From assembly GCA_963781585.1 (NCBI GenBank), contig CAWAGQ010000011.1, positions 128,001-192,000 of the forward strand: 64,000 nucleotides of DNA, written 5' to 3'. This stretch comes from an uncultured Gemmatimonadaceae bacterium (GTDB taxonomy: Bacteria > Gemmatimonadota > Gemmatimonadetes > Gemmatimonadales > Gemmatimonadaceae). The notes beneath the pieces are model-generated. The model was not told where the DNA came from and did not search any database. It saw nothing but the letters and a program-made list of their open reading frames with translations. Position 1 is the first letter of the stretch. Every line of letters begins with the position of its first letter. Shown piece after piece: positions 10,326-20,540 of the stretch. Both the position numbers and the translations under genes were made by a program.

Positions 10326-11038
10326 AGCAGGACCTGTCCCATCTTCACCAGATAATACTCGGCCGCCCCCAGCATCACGAATCCGAAGACGCGCTTCACG
10401 CGAAGCATCCAGACACCGGCCCGCGGCAGCCGGGCCAGGGCGCCCGAGGATACCCCGACCAGGAAAAGAAGTGCGCACATGCCGAGCGAGAAGACAAACA
10501 GATAGCTGAATCCGAGCACGGCGCTATGGGTGTGCGTCACCCAGGTGAGTACCGCGGCCATCACGGGCGCGGAGCATGGCGCCGCCACCAGCCCCGACAC
10601 CGCACCCATCGCGAACGCACCGGCGCCGTGTCCGCCACGTCCCACCCGATTCGCCCACTCCATGGTGGACTGCGGCATCCGCAGCGTGAACACGTCCAGC
10701 ATGAACAGCCCCGCCAGCAGCAGCGCGTTTGCCTGCACGAAGTAGAGCCACGGATTCGAGCTCACGGTGCCGAAGATCGTGCCCGAGAGCCCCGCGAAGA
10801 GACCGAGCGACGCGTAGACGAGTGACAGTCCGAGTACGTACGCCAGCGTCAGCATCACCGGCTTTCTCGCAGGCGTCCCCACGCCGACCGACTCGCCCCC
10901 GACCAGCGCGAGCGTGATCGGGATCATCGGGTAGATGCATGGTGTGAGGCTGGTGAGCACGCCGCCCAGAAACAGCAGCGGGAGCGCGGTCAGGGGGCTG
11001 GCTGTCAGACGATCAGCGATTCCGGTGAAGTCGATCAT
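10322..11038 (-). CDS. ccdA: Cytochrome c biogenesis CcdA / DsbD transmembrane domain protein
   Basis: Cys pair in SLTPCIYPMIP and VAAPCSAP; multiple transmembrane helices. Confidence 0.88.
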   Translation of the reverse strand: MIDFTGIADRLTASPLTALPLLFLGGVLTSLTPCIYPMIPITLALVGGESVGVGTPARKPVMLTLAYVLGLSLVYASLGLFAGLSGTIFGTVSSNPWLYFVQANALLLAGLFMLDVFTLRMPQSTMEWANRVGRGGHGAGAFAMGAVSGLVAAPCSAPVMAAVLTWVTHTHSAVLGFSYLFVFSLGMCALLFLVGVSSGALARLPRAGVWMLRVKRVFGFVMLGAAEYYLVKMGQVLL

Positions 11039-11042
11039 TTTG

Positions 11043-11078
11043 AAAGGCCAAAGGCCAAAGGCCATAGGCCATAGGTCA
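11043..11078 (-). repeat. Heptamer tandem tract (TGRCCTW, about 5 units)
   Basis: Plus strand reads AAAGGCC AAAGGCC AAAGGCC ATAGGCC ATAGGTC, between two co-oriented genes. Confidence 0.85.
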
Positions 11079-13358
11079 ACTGCGGAACTGGTAGGCTAAC
11101 TTCACGAAGAATCCGTCCTGGGCGCGGCGCAACCGGTCGAGCCCGGGGGTCTCGGGGCGCTCGAGCGTACTCCCGTAGCCGAAGAACGCCACGGTGCCGG
11201 GCGTGGGCTCGAACGAAATCAGCCAGTCGGTGCGCAGGTTCCTGGTGTGCGTGGCCACCGAGGGCGCGCCGTTGACGTACAGGGGGCTCAGGGTCGTCCC
11301 GGCGGCCAGCAGCGCGGCCGTGCGCTCGTCGCGCAGCTCGCTCACCACCCGGAAGAAGAGCGAACGGGACGGTTGATACTCCAGCTTGAGCCGCGGAATG
11401 AACGTGCGGGCGTACTCGGAGCCGTCGCGCACCCGCGAGATATGCGAGAACGCCGCCAGCGCCTGCACCCTGATGCTCGGCGTGGGCCGGAAGCCTAACG
11501 AGACATTGTAGCGGGTGGTGGTCCCTTCCGATCCCTCGGCGAAGATCGGGACGTGCGCCCAGACCAGCGCCAGCGAGGCGTCCACCGTGCGCAGGACCGG
11601 CGTGCTGACCGCCATCGAATCGGACCAGAGGTTGCGCAGTTTGCGTGGCGGCAGGTAGGGCACCAGCTCGCCGCCGGCCGTGGCCACCGACAGATTGCGG
11701 AAATTCGCCGGGTCCATGCCGAAGAAACTGCGGGCGGCAATCCCGTTCACCCGCCATCCCCCGCGCAGATTCACCATCATCCGCACGTTCTCCTGCCCCT
11801 CGAGCGCGGCGTGGTGGAGAAAATCGTCGTAGTGCCAGATACGGTTCGGACCCCCGAAGAACCACGCGCTCTGGATCAGCGAACGATCGGTCCTGCCCCA
11901 GAAGGCGACGCGGTTGAAAAAGCCCAGGTTGACGTTGTCGGAGCGTGGCACGAACCCCGCAGCGCTCTCGAAGTCCGGGCCGAATCCCACCAGCGAATAG
12001 TGGAAGCCCCAGGTGTGTCCGGTGCGATCCCAGACCGCGCTGTACAGGGGCGACGAGCGTGTCCCGTCGCCGTGTCGTGTCCAGGACTGCCCGAACTGGG
12101 TCTCCAGGTAGTAGTACCTGGCGAAGACCAGCCGGGAATCGGCGGCCAGGACGGTGTTGGTCGTGTCGCCGGCGCGCCGGTCGGTGAACGTGATCCCGCC
12201 AATCGAGTTGCCGCCGAAGTCCGTCCGCAGTCGCGACACGTTGAAGAGCGCGTTAGGCCCGGGCCGGTCGTCGACCGCGGTGAGATGCGCCAGGCCGAAC
12301 CGCCCGAACTTTCCCGTGATCTTGGCGCCGGCCGCGGGAGTCACGATCTGGCGCGTGTAAACGAGCTGGTTGGGCGTACTGAAGAGCTCGATCCCTTCCA
12401 GGAAGAAGGGGCGCTTCTCGGGAATGAACAACGCGAAGCGCTCGTTGGCGGTGACCAGGCCGACATCGGTTTCCACCTGGCTGAAGTCGGGATTGATGGT
12501 CCCGTCGAGCGAGATGGCGGGGAAGCCGAGCCGCAGATTGACCCCGGCGTCCGCCTTCGCATTCTCGCGCTTGAATCCGCCGGTCACCGCGTCGCGCGCG
12601 CCGTTCATGGTGCCGGTCACGAACGGTTGCCATTCGCCGACGATCCCGCGCTCCACGTTGGCGATGCCGCTCATGGTGCCCGATTGCACCAGGAAACTGG
12701 CCGAGGCGCGCTTGGTGTCGACCCAGGTGTCCTCGGTGTTGGCGCTCGGCGTGTAGCGGGCGATGTTGAGGCCCCAGGTCTGTGACCCCGACGACGCGAA
12801 GCGGAGGCTCTTGAACGGAATCCGCACTTCCACCACGTAGGCGCTGTCGGTAATGCGCCCCGCCGACTGGTACTGAAAGTCCGGGTTGAGATCCTCGCCG
12901 AACCCGAACATCTGTCCGGCCGCTCCGGATCCTTCGCTCAGCACCCCGTCGAGCTGCACGCCGAGGGGGTTGACGCCGAACATGAACGCCCGGCGGTGGT
13001 CGTTGAAGGTGTCGAGGTAGATGACCACGCGATCGTCGCTGGTGATGTTGTCGCGCTTGGAAAGCGTGGCGCTCACCTGAACGCCCGGTCTCACGTGGGC
13101 GACGATCCCGAAGTACAGCGCCTTGGCCGTGTAGAGCACGAGCACGTCGGTCGGCTGGTCGGCCGGCCGGCCGTCGACCGGCTGGTATTGTGAGAACCCC
13201 GTTAGGCGGGCGGCGCCGGACCAGGCGGAATCGCCGAGCACGCCGTCGACGACGGGCTCGCTGGATGCGCGCGGCACCGTGAACTGGGGGGCCCCGGTGC
13301 CGGGAATGGCCTGCGTGGTCCGGATCTGGAAGAACGCGAGAAGCGCGACGGCGATCAT
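11076..13358 (-). CDS. CBM9-like / DUF5916 outer-membrane protein
   Basis: Motifs VDGVLGD.AW, FGVNPLGVQ.D, EVRIPFKSLRF, INPDFSQVE, EKRPFFLEG and terminal FVKLAYQF. Confidence 0.85.
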   Translation of the reverse strand: MIAVALLAFFQIRTTQAIPGTGAPQFTVPRASSEPVVDGVLGDSAWSGAARLTGFSQYQPVDGRPADQPTDVLVLYTAKALYFGIVAHVRPGVQVSATLSKRDNITSDDRVVIYLDTFNDHRRAFMFGVNPLGVQLDGVLSEGSGAAGQMFGFGEDLNPDFQYQSAGRITDSAYVVEVRIPFKSLRFASSGSQTWGLNIARYTPSANTEDTWVDTKRASASFLVQSGTMSGIANVERGIVGEWQPFVTGTMNGARDAVTGGFKRENAKADAGVNLRLGFPAISLDGTINPDFSQVETDVGLVTANERFALFIPEKRPFFLEGIELFSTPNQLVYTRQIVTPAAGAKITGKFGRFGLAHLTAVDDRPGPNALFNVSRLRTDFGGNSIGGITFTDRRAGDTTNTVLAADSRLVFARYYYLETQFGQSWTRHGDGTRSSPLYSAVWDRTGHTWGFHYSLVGFGPDFESAAGFVPRSDNVNLGFFNRVAFWGRTDRSLIQSAWFFGGPNRIWHYDDFLHHAALEGQENVRMMVNLRGGWRVNGIAARSFFGMDPANFRNLSVATAGGELVPYLPPRKLRNLWSDSMAVSTPVLRTVDASLALVWAHVPIFAEGSEGTTTRYNVSLGFRPTPSIRVQALAAFSHISRVRDGSEYARTFIPRLKLEYQPSRSLFFRVVSELRDERTAALLAAGTTLSPLYVNGAPSVATHTRNLRTDWLISFEPTPGTVAFFGYGSTLERPETPGLDRLRRAQDGFFVKLAYQFRS

Positions 13359-13398
13359 CCGGGCGAATTTACAGGGTGCGCGACCGCCGCGAAGGCTG

Positions 13399-14385
13399 TC
13401 ACGCGTCGGCCGCGATCGTCCCGACCATCGCCACCGGCTCGCCCGTGCTCATGGCCGGCGACGCCACCACGTACAGCACCACGCCATCCAGCGGTGCGCG
13501 CACCTCGCCGATCTGCTCCCCGAAATAGTCCGTCAGGCGGCCGAGCAGATCGCCCTTCCGCACCTGCTGATCGGGTGTCACCGCCGGATGCCAGGTGCCC
13601 GATCCGGGACTCGTCAGCACTTCCGACGGATCGATCCACCGCGGCTTCCCCGCCGCCTCAGGCGGTCCCGGGAGCATGCCGAGGTACCGCATGACGCCGA
13701 ACGCACCGCGGACATTGAGGGCGACCATCTCCCCGGTCGGGACCCCGACCTCGCCTGCCTCGGTGGTCACGGCCGGCTTGCCGCGCACGTGCGCGGTGTT
13801 GGAGCAGAACACGGTGGCGCCGCGATCCCGGGGCCGTCCGCGATCGATGACGATGTAATCGAGCCCGAAGGCCACCGCCATCTCGCGCGCCGTCGCATCC
13901 ACCCGCGCATCGAGGCCGAGGTTGTTCCAGTACGAGTACGGCCGCAGCGACTCGTTCCCGTCGCCCGAGTGCATGTCGACCAGGTACTCGCACTGATCGA
14001 TCACCTGCGTGGTGATGGCGTGGGCGATGCGTTCGGACGCCGTCCCATCCGGCTGACCCGGAAACACGCGATTCAGGTTCTTCTGATCCCACGGGCCGCG
14101 GTAGATGGTGCGATGCACGAACGAGGGGACGTTGGCGATGTGGACGAGGATCACGGTCCCCGAGAGGTGCGCCGGATCGAGCTCGGCGCGCACCCGCTGG
14201 AGCGCGAGAATCGGTGACGGCTCCGACCCGTGGGTCCCGGCGATCAGCGCCAGGACCGGCCCATCCTTGGCGCCGGAGACGATGCTGACGGGAATGCGCG
14301 TGCCGGGATCACGGCCTTCAGGCACGTCGATGAATCCCGAGACCTTCTCGCTGGGTCGCGACGTCGCGGATCCGATGGTCGGCAT
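13399..14385 (-). CDS. Succinylglutamate desuccinylase/aspartoacylase (M14-like) family protein
   Basis: Motifs AGTHGSE, NLNRVFPG, DMHSG, TTEAG, plus a C-terminal biotinyl-like domain. Confidence 0.88.
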   Translation of the reverse strand: MPTIGSATSRPSEKVSGFIDVPEGRDPGTRIPVSIVSGAKDGPVLALIAGTHGSEPSPILALQRVRAELDPAHLSGTVILVHIANVPSFVHRTIYRGPWDQKNLNRVFPGQPDGTASERIAHAITTQVIDQCEYLVDMHSGDGNESLRPYSYWNNLGLDARVDATAREMAVAFGLDYIVIDRGRPRDRGATVFCSNTAHVRGKPAVTTEAGEVGVPTGEMVALNVRGAFGVMRYLGMLPGPPEAAGKPRWIDPSEVLTSPGSGTWHPAVTPDQQVRKGDLLGRLTDYFGEQIGEVRAPLDGVVLYVVASPAMSTGEPVAMVGTIAADA

Positions 14386-14679
14386 GGCTCAGCGACCGCC
14401 CCAGCCGCTGCCCGGGAAGAGGGCGCGCCCGGGCAATCCGATGCTGATTCGCATGACGACCTCTCCGTCGGGGAAAGCGCGCCAATCGGACGTGGTGGAA
14501 CCGGCGGCGCCCTGATGAAAATGGCCGGGATGAGGCCGGCCGCCAATGGCACGGCTGGTCTCGTGACGCGCCGGGGGTGCGGCCGCCGGCAATCGGCGGG
14601 AGGCCATTGGCTAGATTATCTGCCCCGGGTCGCCCGCGTGTCCGGCCCCGGCGTGTGTGCTCACCGAGTCGAAGCAGCG

Positions 14680-16356
14680 ATGCCGCCGCAATTCATCTAC
14701 GTCATGAAGGCCCTGACGAAGGTCGTACCTCCGTCGCGGGTCATCCTGAACGACATCTGGCTCTCGTTCTATCCGGGGGCCAAGATCGGCGTGCTGGGCG
14801 CCAACGGGGCCGGGAAGAGCTCGCTCCTGCGCATCATGGCCGGCATCGATCAGGATTACAACGGTGAAGCCTGGGCCGCGCAGGGTACCAGGATCGGCTT
14901 CCTCCCGCAGGAGCCGTCGCTCGATACCGCGCTCGACGTGCGCGGCAACGTCGAGCTGGCGGTGAAGGCACAGCGCGCACTGCTCGACCGCTTCAACGAA
15001 ATCGCGATGGCGTTCGCGGAGCCCATGGACGACGGCGCGATGCAGAAGCTGCTCGACGAGCAGTCGCGGGTCCAGGACCGCATCGACGCCATGGACCTGT
15101 GGAACCTCGACAATACGATCGAGGTGGCGATGGATGCGCTGCGCCTTCCCCCGCCCGACGCCGACGTCTCCAGGCTCTCGGGCGGGGAAAAGCGTCGCGT
15201 CGCGCTCTGCCGGATCCTGCTCGAGCAGCCCGATCTGTTGCTGCTCGACGAGCCGACCAACCATCTCGACGCCGAGAGTGTGGCGTGGCTGGAGAAACAC
15301 CTCGAGACCTTTCCCGGCACCGTGGTGGCGATCACCCACGACCGGTACTTCCTGGACAACGTGGCGAAGTGGATTCTCGAGCTCGACCGCGGCCGGGGGT
15401 ATCCGTACGAGGGGAACTACTCGCAGTGGCTGGAGCAGAAGCGGGTGCGTCTGGCGCAGGAGGAGAAGGCGGCCAGCGCCCGCCAGCGAACGCTGGAACG
15501 CGAGCTGGAGTGGGTGCGCCTGGCGCCGCGCGCTCGTCAGGCAAAGAACAAGGCCCGGATCCAGAAGTACGAGGATCTGGTGAGCGATCAGCAGCTGGAG
15601 CGGGTGGCCCAGAACGAAATCGTGATCCCGCCACCGCCCCGACTCGGCAACGACGTGGTCATCGCCGACAAACTGAAGAAGGGATACGGCGACAACCTGC
15701 TGTTCGACGGGATGTCATTCGCGCTGCCGCGCGGGGGGCTGGTGGGGATCATCGGACCGAACGGGGCAGGGAAGACGACCCTGTTCCGGCTGATCAACGG
15801 GGGCGAGACGCCTGACGCCGGCTCGCTCCGGATCGGGGAGACGGTGGTGATCGCGTACGCCGACCAGACCCGGACGCTCGACGGCGCGCGCACCGTGTGG
15901 GACGAGATCTCCGGCGGCCGCGACACCATTCCGGTCGGGAAGCGCGAGATGAACTCGCGCGCCTACGTGGCGGGATTCGGGTTCCGCGGGGCCGACCAGC
16001 AGAAGCTCGTGGCCAATCTCTCGGGGGGCGAGCGCAACCGGCTGCACCTCGCGAAGACGCTGATGTCGGGCGGCAACCTGCTGCTGCTCGACGAGCCGAC
16101 CAACGATCTGGATGTCGATACGCTGCGCGCGCTGGAGGAGGCGCTGCTCGACTTCGCCGGGTGCGCGGTGATCATCACTCACGATCGCTGGTTTCTCGAC
16201 CGGATCGCGACCCACATTCTGGCGTTCGAGGGCGAGAGCGAGACCGTCTGGTTCGAGGGCAATTACCAGGCGTACATCGACGATCTGCGGAAGCGCAAAG
16301 GCCCGGACGCGGACCAGCCGCACCGGATCAAATACCGCAAGCTCGTGCGGGCATGA
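14680..16356 (+). CDS. ettA: Energy-dependent translational throttle A (ABC-F)
   Basis: QFIYVM...LSFYPGAKIGVLGANGAGKS, two ABC domains, and terminal PHRIKYRKL. Confidence 0.96.
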   Translation: MPPQFIYVMKALTKVVPPSRVILNDIWLSFYPGAKIGVLGANGAGKSSLLRIMAGIDQDYNGEAWAAQGTRIGFLPQEPSLDTALDVRGNVELAVKAQRALLDRFNEIAMAFAEPMDDGAMQKLLDEQSRVQDRIDAMDLWNLDNTIEVAMDALRLPPPDADVSRLSGGEKRRVALCRILLEQPDLLLLDEPTNHLDAESVAWLEKHLETFPGTVVAITHDRYFLDNVAKWILELDRGRGYPYEGNYSQWLEQKRVRLAQEEKAASARQRTLERELEWVRLAPRARQAKNKARIQKYEDLVSDQQLERVAQNEIVIPPPPRLGNDVVIADKLKKGYGDNLLFDGMSFALPRGGLVGIIGPNGAGKTTLFRLINGGETPDAGSLRIGETVVIAYADQTRTLDGARTVWDEISGGRDTIPVGKREMNSRAYVAGFGFRGADQQKLVANLSGGERNRLHLAKTLMSGGNLLLLDEPTNDLDVDTLRALEEALLDFAGCAVIITHDRWFLDRIATHILAFEGESETVWFEGNYQAYIDDLRKRKGPDADQPHRIKYRKLVRA

Positions 16357-16497
16357 GTCGACAGTCCAGAGGCCGAAACCGGCACCGGCATCCAGCACCG
16401 GCAGAGAGCATCCTGTTCAAGCGTGCAGTGTCCAGCATTCAGCTCTGGAACGAGGAATCGGTTCAGGCATTCAGTAACCGGCAGTCACCGGTAGTCC

Positions 16498-16571
16498 GCG
16501 CCCGTAGCTCAATTGGATAGAGCTTCTGACTTCGGATCAGAGGGTTGGGGGTTCGAGTCCCTCCGGGCGCA
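16498..16571 (+). tRNA. tRNA-Arg, anticodon TCG; CCA not encoded
   Basis: Acceptor stem GCGCCCG/CGGGCGC, D-arm AGCTCAATTGGATAGAGC, anticodon arm TCTGA-CTTCGGA-TCAGA, T-loop GTTCGAGTC. Confidence 0.95.
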
Positions 16572-16695
16572 TCCGCCATCGTGCCGTCGACTCCCGGCGC
16601 GCCAATGAAACGTCGTCGATCCGCGCCGCGCGTGAAGAGAGTGCCCGGTCGCCGGTCAGACGTGCGCCAACGCGCCTCGGCAATGCAGCGCCCGG

Positions 16696-17727
16696 TCAGG
16701 GCTGCGGGCGCAACTCCCGCAGCAAATCCGTGTTGGTGAACACGCGCCCCAGGGGTGTCCGGGACTTCAACCAGTGCCGTGACTCGAAACGGAGCCGATA
16801 GAGCGCTCGCAGCAACCCGTCCGCCGCACTGGTCCGCAACGCCTCGCGAGGCGATTCAAGCGAATAGCCGAGTTCCTCGAGAAACGCGCCGATCAGCGAC
16901 TCGAGCCGCGCCAACTCCCGTTCCGAGTAGCCCTTCCTCCATCGGCCCACGGGATTGAACCGCGCGCCCGGCTCCTTCTCCGGAAAGGAGGTGTTCGGCC
17001 GGCTCACCGAACCGATACCTGTCTCCAGGATGCGGTCGTAGTCCAGATCATGTTCCAGAAATGGCTCCAGCGCCGCCAGTGCTTCGCGCGGCTTCGTGGT
17101 GAGCGTTTCGAAGGACACCTCGGCGTACACATCCGGATACCGTCGCCCGTTGGTTCTTCCCCTTCCCACAATCCATTCCCAGAACAGGGCCGACGCGAGC
17201 ACGGCCTGCAGAGGACTCTTCAGGAACGGACGGATCCACCCCTGCTGCGCGAGCGAAAGGGCGACATCCCGGCCGTCGCGGATGATGTGCACGAACAACG
17301 CGTCGGGGATCGTGCGCCTGATCTCATCGATGTACAGCAGGTTGTCCGGCGAGCAGTCCGCCCAGCGACGCACCCCCTGTTTCTCGGCGATGCTCTCCAT
17401 GAAGATGCGCAGGAAATCCCCGGCGTTGTGACATCCGGCACTGATCCGGTTCCGGAATTCCGCGGGATCCAGTCCGGATCGAGTGAAGTAGGCGCTCGGC
17501 AGCCACTCGGCGAAAAGCGCGTCGCGGTTGCGTGCCTGCCCCGGGTTGCCGAACCGCGGCTCGAGCAGGCTGAAGACGAGGGCTTCAGACCGATACACGG
17601 CGAAGTCGCCGGCCGAGAGCAGCATGTGGTACAGCAGCGTCGTCCCGGAGCGGGGAGAGCCAATCACAAAGACCGGCGCGCGATTCCTTGCGCGCGCAGA
17701 TCGTCCGACCGGCGTTGGGTCTTCCAT
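16696..17727 (-). CDS. PAPS-dependent sulfotransferase (Sulfotransfer_3-like)
   Basis: 5'-PSB loop GSPRSGTTLL, 3'-PB motif HIIRDGRDVALS, and VGRWR. Confidence 0.9.
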   Translation of the reverse strand: MEDPTPVGRSARARNRAPVFVIGSPRSGTTLLYHMLLSAGDFAVYRSEALVFSLLEPRFGNPGQARNRDALFAEWLPSAYFTRSGLDPAEFRNRISAGCHNAGDFLRIFMESIAEKQGVRRWADCSPDNLLYIDEIRRTIPDALFVHIIRDGRDVALSLAQQGWIRPFLKSPLQAVLASALFWEWIVGRGRTNGRRYPDVYAEVSFETLTTKPREALAALEPFLEHDLDYDRILETGIGSVSRPNTSFPEKEPGARFNPVGRWRKGYSERELARLESLIGAFLEELGYSLESPREALRTSAADGLLRALYRLRFESRHWLKSRTPLGRVFTNTDLLRELRPQP

Positions 17728-17848
17728 TGCTCCTCGTGCGGGTGATGCCGTTCCTGTTTGCCGATGGGTATGTGAAATTCACCCTGCGCCGGTCGCGCGG
17801 CAACTCCATTCTGGATGATCGCAGTCCCCGCGAGGGCGGGAGCGTGAC

Positions 17849-18496
17849 GTGACGAAATCAGCGGCAGCGAATGGGGCATCCGGAACGACCGGCATGGTCG
17901 TGCACTGGGCTGCTCGCTACGACCTCCTGCTCCGGCTGTTGACGCTCGGCAGGGAGCGGGTCTTTCGTGAGAGGCTCCTGGACCTGGCGCAGCTGCAGAC
18001 CGGCGAGTCCGTGCTCGACGTCGGCTGCGGAACAGGAACGCTCGCGATCGCGGCCCGGCGGCGCGTGGGGTCTGCGGGCACGGTGCACGGGATCGACCCA
18101 TCGCCCGAGATGATTGCCAGGGCGACGGGGAAGGCAGCCAGGGCCGCCGTCGATGTCGTGTTCGGAACCGGGGTCGCCGAGTCGCTGCCGTTTGCGGATG
18201 CCCGATTCGATGTCGTCCTGAGCACGGTGATGCTTCATCATCTTCGCGGGAACGCACGCCTGCAGGGTGTGCGCGAAATGCGGCGCGTGCTGCGGCCCGG
18301 AGGCCGACTGCTGGCGGTCGACTTCGCCGGAGTCGGGAGGGGGAGGGGCCTGCTCGCGCATCTGCATCGTCATGGTCGGATCGATGCTCGCGACCTCGTG
18401 GCGCTGGTGCGCGAGGCGGGCCTGCAAGTCGTCGAGAGCGGCGCGGTGGGAACGATGGCCCTGCAGTTCGTGCTCGCCGCGGCTCCGCGCGAGTGA
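17849..18496 (+). CDS. Class I SAM-dependent methyltransferase
   Basis: Motifs VLDVGCGTG, GIDPSPEM, LPFADARFDVV, RVLRPGG. Confidence 0.9.
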   Translation: MTKSAAANGASGTTGMVVHWAARYDLLLRLLTLGRERVFRERLLDLAQLQTGESVLDVGCGTGTLAIAARRRVGSAGTVHGIDPSPEMIARATGKAARAAVDVVFGTGVAESLPFADARFDVVLSTVMLHHLRGNARLQGVREMRRVLRPGGRLLAVDFAGVGRGRGLLAHLHRHGRIDARDLVALVREAGLQVVESGAVGTMALQFVLAAAPRE

Positions 18497-18524
18497 ACGC
18501 GAGCGTCCCGGCGATCCAACGGTG

Positions 18525-19202
18525 TCAGGTCCCGGGCTCGTCGCTGTCGATTCGCTCTGCTGGCTCACAGGTCTCGCACCACGCGACCATCCGCGACGGC
18601 GAGCTCCCAACCAACGGCTCCGTCCGGCACCCCCGCGCAACATAGAACAACAACGCCTCGCGGTTGCGCGCCTCCACCACCGCTCGGCACTCCCGCACGC
18701 CCTGCGCGCGGAACCAGGCGAGGGCGCCATCGAACAACTCGACCGAGATGCGCCGTCCGGTCTCGCGCACAAACCGGGTACTGCGGAAATCCGGCTCGAC
18801 ACCGAACGAGAGGAGCTCCCCGGCGTTCGGATCGAGCGGGGCTCCGGTCTGTCCGCGCATGAACGCCATGGTCCACAGGATCACGCCCAGCCGGCGCGGA
18901 CTCGCCAGCACCTGCCCGGCGACCAGGGCGCCTAACGCGAGCCAGTGGCGCCGCAGTCCCTCCGACATGAAACGCGCCGGCTGGCTCGTGTACGCGATGA
19001 ATCCTACCGGCGCGCCGTCATGGTACGCCAGATCGCAGCCGATCAGACCGTCCGCGACCAGGGTTGCGTAGTAGAAACGGCTCATGAACCGGAACCCGAG
19101 CCGCGCGATCGGACTGTCCGGGAGCAGTGACGCGTGGAGCCGCGCGGCGTGTTCCGCTCCCTCGCGGTCGCCGGGGGCCAGTCGCTCCACCCCCTGCTTC
19201 AT
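18525..19202 (-). CDS. GNAT-family acyltransferase
   Basis: ELLSFGVEPDFR and N..ALLFY...G. Start overlaps the upstream ligase stop. Confidence 0.72.
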   Translation of the reverse strand: MKQGVERLAPGDREGAEHAARLHASLLPDSPIARLGFRFMSRFYYATLVADGLIGCDLAYHDGAPVGFIAYTSQPARFMSEGLRRHWLALGALVAGQVLASPRRLGVILWTMAFMRGQTGAPLDPNAGELLSFGVEPDFRSTRFVRETGRRISVELFDGALAWFRAQGVRECRAVVEARNREALLFYVARGCRTEPLVGSSPSRMVAWCETCEPAERIDSDEPGT

Positions 19203-20539
19203 AGCCGGCGGATCTTCTTGAATCGCGCGCTGTGCAGCGCGTCACCCACCACTTCGATCTTCACCGGAACCTTGAACGGCGCCAGTCGCTCGCGACAATA
19301 CCCGCGCACACGCTTGCGCAGCTGCTGGATGTCCTCCGGCTCCTTGAGCGTGAGCCGCGTGGCCACGATCTGCCCGGTGATCGGATTCGACTCCGCATAC
19401 ACGGTCGCGTCGCTCACGTTGTCCAGCTGCAGCAGCACGCTCTCCACCTCCGCCGGATACACCTTGCTGCCGCCGACGTTGATGATCTGCGACTTGCGCC
19501 CGAGGAACCGGACGTACTCGCCGTTGACCTCCACCTGATCCTCGGTATTCAGCCAGCCGTCGGTGTCGATGGGATTCGGCGCGTTGAGATAGCCGAGCAT
19601 CGCCGAGGGAGCTCGGATCCAGAGCGTGCCGTCCACCACCTTCGTCTCGATGCCTTCACCCCCGACCTTCACCCACAGCGAGCCGGAGTCCTGCGACTTT
19701 GTGCGGAGGATCCCGAGTTCGGTGAGTCCGTACGTCTGTTGCAGGCGCGCGTTGGGGAAGGCCTCGTGCACGCGCCGCAGAGTGGTCTCCGGCATCACCT
19801 CCGTGCCGTACGTGATCAGGCGGAGCGATGAGAGGTCGTGTGCGTGATGGGCCTCGGACAGCAGCAGAAGATTCAGAAAGGTCGGTGTGGTGGGCAGCAG
19901 CTCCACACGGTACCGCTCGATCAGCTCGCAGATCTCCTCGGGCGAATGACTCTGGGTGGTGACCGCGGTACCGCCGTTCGACAGGGTGTAGAGCAGCGTG
20001 TTCACCCCGCCGATGTGGTCGAACAACAGGAACGTCAGTGTCGTGAGGCGCTGCCGCGAAACCTTGAACTTCTCCAGCAACCGGCCGAAGTCGTTCAGCA
20101 CCCCCTTGTTCTCGCCGGTGGATCCGGATGAGAACAGCACCAGGCCCGGCGAGTCCTGATCGCGCAGCCGGCGAATCAGCGGATGACCGCCCGGCTCGTC
20201 GCGGGATTCCACGCGCCACCCGCCCTCGTCATCGAACTGGAAGATCTTCTGGACCTCGGCGATGCGCAGGAAACTCTCCCAGTGCGCCCGCACCGATGAA
20301 GTCAGGGGGACGACGATCGCGCGCCGCTGGATGAGAGCCAGCATGAGCGCACAGGTGTCGGGCGAGAAGTCACCCTGGATCGCCACCACCTGTCCCGGTG
20401 CGATCCGCTGCTCGTCGAGGCGCGCGGTCCAGGCCGCGATCGCGTCGACCAGCGCGCCGTATCGCACCGATTGGCCGCGCCAGACGACGGCCACGTGGTC
20501 GCGCCACTGCTCCATGCGCTCCAGGAGCCAGTCCAGCAC
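19199..20539 (-). CDS. Adenylate-forming (AMP-binding) acyl-CoA/acyl-ACP ligase
   Basis: Motifs LFSSGSTGENKG, YGLTE, GRKSQIINVGG.KVYPAEVE. Confidence 0.9.
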   Translation of the reverse strand: MLDWLLERMEQWRDHVAVVWRGQSVRYGALVDAIAAWTARLDEQRIAPGQVVAIQGDFSPDTCALMLALIQRRAIVVPLTSSVRAHWESFLRIAEVQKIFQFDDEGGWRVESRDEPGGHPLIRRLRDQDSPGLVLFSSGSTGENKGVLNDFGRLLEKFKVSRQRLTTLTFLLFDHIGGVNTLLYTLSNGGTAVTTQSHSPEEICELIERYRVELLPTTPTFLNLLLLSEAHHAHDLSSLRLITYGTEVMPETTLRRVHEAFPNARLQQTYGLTELGILRTKSQDSGSLWVKVGGEGIETKVVDGTLWIRAPSAMLGYLNAPNPIDTDGWLNTEDQVEVNGEYVRFLGRKSQIINVGGSKVYPAEVESVLLQLDNVSDATVYAESNPITGQIVATRLTLKEPEDIQQLRKRVRGYCRERLAPFKVPVKIEVVGDALHSARFKKIRRL

Positions 20540-20540
20540 C

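Noticed and set aside
14389..14391. Selenocysteine read-through of the in-frame TGA
   Set aside because: The codon lies in a signal-like region rather than a catalytic site, and no convincing SECIS hairpin follows.
16357..16497. Weak 7-nt periodicity (ACCGGCA/TCCAGCA) between ettA and the tRNA
   Set aside because: Too degenerate to call a repeat without computation.
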